A stretch of DNA of 41,597 nt from Octopus bimaculoides (lineage: Eukaryota), in NCBI RefSeq assembly GCF_001194135.2, contig NC_068999.1, positions 1,687,475 to 1,729,071 of the forward strand. The letters run 5' to 3'. Positions 38,566-41,597 of the stretch are shown here, piece after piece. The notes beneath the pieces were generated by a model, which did not search any database, was not told the DNA's origin, and saw only the letters and a list, made by a program, of their open reading frames with translations. Both the position numbers and the translations under genes were made by a program. Every line of letters begins with the position of its first letter. The stretch's first letter is position 1.

Positions 38566-39963
38566 ATGTCGGATCATTGTTATTCTCCACTTTGGCTGAC
38601 TTCCTCTCTGTGTCGAGTCTTCAATGGTGTGTGATGGCTATGGAGGGACGTCTTTAGTCAACGCTTTTTTTTCTCTTTTCTTCTTCAGTATATTTTGGAA
38701 TTTTTTATTGATTTTCATTCTATTTACAGGCATAATTATAGACACAAACATTCAAAAACACATCCACACGTCAAACTGTATATACACACCCATACTTATA
38801 TGCAACTCATTGTGCATACATGTGTCAGTGTATATATATACATACATATANNNNNNNNNNNNNNNNNNNNNNNNNNNNNNNNNNNNNNNNNNNNNNNNNN
38901 NNNNNNNNNNNNNNNNNNNNNNNNNNNNNNNNNNNNNNNNATGCATGTGTGGATGGATGGATGGATTATATATGTATATATGTATATGTGTGTGCGGGCG
39001 TGCATATATTTATACACACACACATACACACAAATACACACGCATATATTATGTGGAGGTGTTTGTGTTTATACACAAATGAGATGAATTTAATCGATAT
39101 GTCTCTATAGATAATCTATCGGTCTTCCAATATTTATGTTCCAGGTCAATATCTAGGACACACATATAATTATTCCTGTTAATAAGATTTCCTTGCATTA
39201 CATAATTTATGTCATGTTAAATGTGCCTCCTCTGTGACTCTAAATGAAGTTTTTTTACACTGTGTGACTCTTCTAAGTTAAGGTAGTTTCACCCTCGCTG
39301 TAACACGTATGTCATTCATAGTTGATACACGGTATCATGTGACATTTACTGTTATTCAGGTGACTCTCTCTTATGTTACCCCTGTGACTCCGACGTAAAG
39401 GAAAGTTACGTCACTCCCGACGTCATTCGTATGTAATTTCAAATTATGTTACACGAAGTGTAACTTCTAGGTAATGCAATCTTATGTCACACTTGTTGTC
39501 ACTCAAATGTGACTTTACCAAGATGTGTCTCCGAAGTGATATAAGGTCATGTTGCAATCGCTGCCACTCATGTGTGACTTTTCGATACATTGAGAATCAG
39601 TGTCACTCTCGTTGTCAATAACGTGTGACTTTCGATGATTTTACACGAGACATGTCTCCTAGTTAATGCATGTACAAAAGCAATTCTGATGTCGAATGGT
39701 CAAATTCTGTTTCTACAAAATGGTGAATTTCAAGAGAAATATCTATTACTCTAAAATGATATTCTATAAAATATTCTTCCCTCTTGCATATTTCCTCCCG
39801 TAACAACACCGTCGTTTAGTCCCTTCTTTCTCCACCCAATTCCTTCTATGATTCATTTTCTTCGTGTCTTTGTGTGTAAAGCCTCCTATTTGCCCTTCTC
39901 CAGCATATCTGTTAACTTTCTAACGTCTCTCTTTTACTCTCTCTCTCCCTCCCCCCACAGCTT

Positions 39964-40008
39964 GTGCTCCAGCATGGCCGAAATCTAATGACGGAAACAA
40001 GTAAAAGA
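39964..40008 (+). mobile_element. SINE 3' end
   Basis: GTGCTCCAGCATGGCCGAAATCTAATGACGGAAACAAGTAAAAGA. Confidence 0.6.
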
Positions 40009-40045
40009 TAAATTTATATGTATATATATATGTACGTATGTATGT

Positions 40046-40096
<51 letters not shown>

Positions 40097-40399
40097 TACG
40101 CACACATGTGTGTTTGTGTGTGTGTGTGTATTTATATGACTGTGTAGACAATGGTTATTCCAGGAATCATATTATAACAAACTCATTTTATCGTTTCTAT
40201 CACAGACATCTCATAGAAATTTTCTTTGACAAGATGTCCATTTTTTAAATTTTTTATCTTTTTTTTCGTATTTTTGGGTTATCTTTCTTTTTCTTTTTAT
40301 TTATTTATTTTTTTTTTCTGACTATGAATGCCTCGGCACATCGCCAGTTCAAGAACTTCCCGGTCTTAAATCAGTTTGGATAAAACTTCGTGTTTTTGC

Positions 40400-40477
40400 T
40401 GTTGCTACTATTATTGTTGTTGCTGTTGTTATTATTATTATTACTTTTATTATTATTATTATTATTACTTTTATTAC

Positions 40478-40564
<87 letters not shown>

Positions 40565-40600
40565 TTTTATTATTATTATTATTATTATTACTTTTATTAC

Positions 40601-40678
<78 letters not shown>

Positions 40679-40687
40679 TTTTATTAC

Positions 40688-40723
<36 letters not shown>

Positions 40724-40775
40724 TGTTATTATTGTCGTGCTGTTATTGCAGTTGCTGTCATTGTTATTATTGTTG
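40400..40775. repeat. Long interrupted (ATT)n array
   Basis: Directly visible; explains ORFs 40349..40917. Confidence 0.95.
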
Positions 40776-41419
40776 TTTCTGCTGGTTAACACCGTCCAAC
40801 AATTGTCAAGCAGACCTAAACATCAAAGGCGATACAGTCATGGAATGCTCAGCCATTTTCTTTTCTTTTCCTCAGACGACATTTTCCCACTATGCTCTCG
40901 TATTTCTTAAAAACTAATTTCTTTTTAAATTCTTTCTTTCTCGTTTTAAGGCAATATGTTTGAAGAACATTTGGTTGCTATTTCTAGCAGATCTCATGAC
41001 CTTTATACCATTATACCGACGTTCACGAACGCTCAATTGTAATGTTTTCTTCAGTTTTTTGTGCAATCATTTTGACTTTTGACTTTATTCGGTAACCATG
41101 GTGACACTGTGATGTCTGTCTCATGGAAAGTCTCTGAACTTTGGCATTTCTGATCATTGATGCCACATTTCTTTTAGCAACCAGGAAGCAGTCTGGAATT
41201 GGACCTCGTAAAATTATTTTTATTCTTTTTATTTTTTGTTTATTTATGTTTGCTATTTCTTATGCCATTTGGTAAACTTTGTCGTTAATTAAATGTCTTC
41301 AGTGAACCAATTCCTGGTTTTTATACTTCTGGGGGCGTGAATGACAGGATTTTCTGTTGCTGTAACTCTCTAGCAGAAATCACATCAGTCAGAGTTTAGT
41401 CTTTAAAGGTCCCCATTAC

Positions 41420-41560
41420 CCCCAAATTTCAGGCCTTGTTCCTTATTCTATCGAGATTTTCAGCCGAATCGCTTAGTTGCGGGGACGGAAACACTTCAAC
41501 ACTGGTTGTCAAGCAGTGGTGAAAGACAAACAGTGACACAAAGACAACCAGTCACAGATT
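41420..41560 (-). mobile_element. SINE fragment(s) running into a (CA)n/(TA)n tract
   Basis: TTATTCTATCG...GCCGAATCGCTTAGTTGCGGGGAC...GGTTGTCAAGC matches 23946-24018. Confidence 0.6.

Positions 41561-41597
<37 letters not shown>

Noticed and set aside
41089-41103. Near-palindrome GTAACCATGGTGAC resembling an RFX X-box
   Set aside because: It does not match the GYAAC half-site and has no gene context.

Overview
Eukaryotic, AT-rich draft-assembly DNA with many N gaps and a very high density of microsatellites. The interspersed repeats look like those I recall from Octopus/cephalopod genomes, but that assignment is inference from memory, not a database result. I find no convincing protein-coding gene: the supplied ORF track is almost entirely microsatellite or N-gap read-through. 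What the sequence supports is (i) many decayed tRNA-derived SINEs, including CORE-type copies, (ii) an internally deleted mariner (Tc1/mariner) transposase relic, (iii) two adjacent relics of RLE-type non-LTR retrotransposons (zinc knuckle plus restriction-like endonuclease), and (iv) two minimal type I hammerhead-ribozyme motifs of the kind carried by Penelope-like elements and retrozymes. The hammerhead at 27179-27221 (+) has an intact catalytic core. The one at 8286-8321 (-) has a variant core. These ribozyme motifs are the most interesting signal. I do not see evidence for a wholly new multi-gene system.
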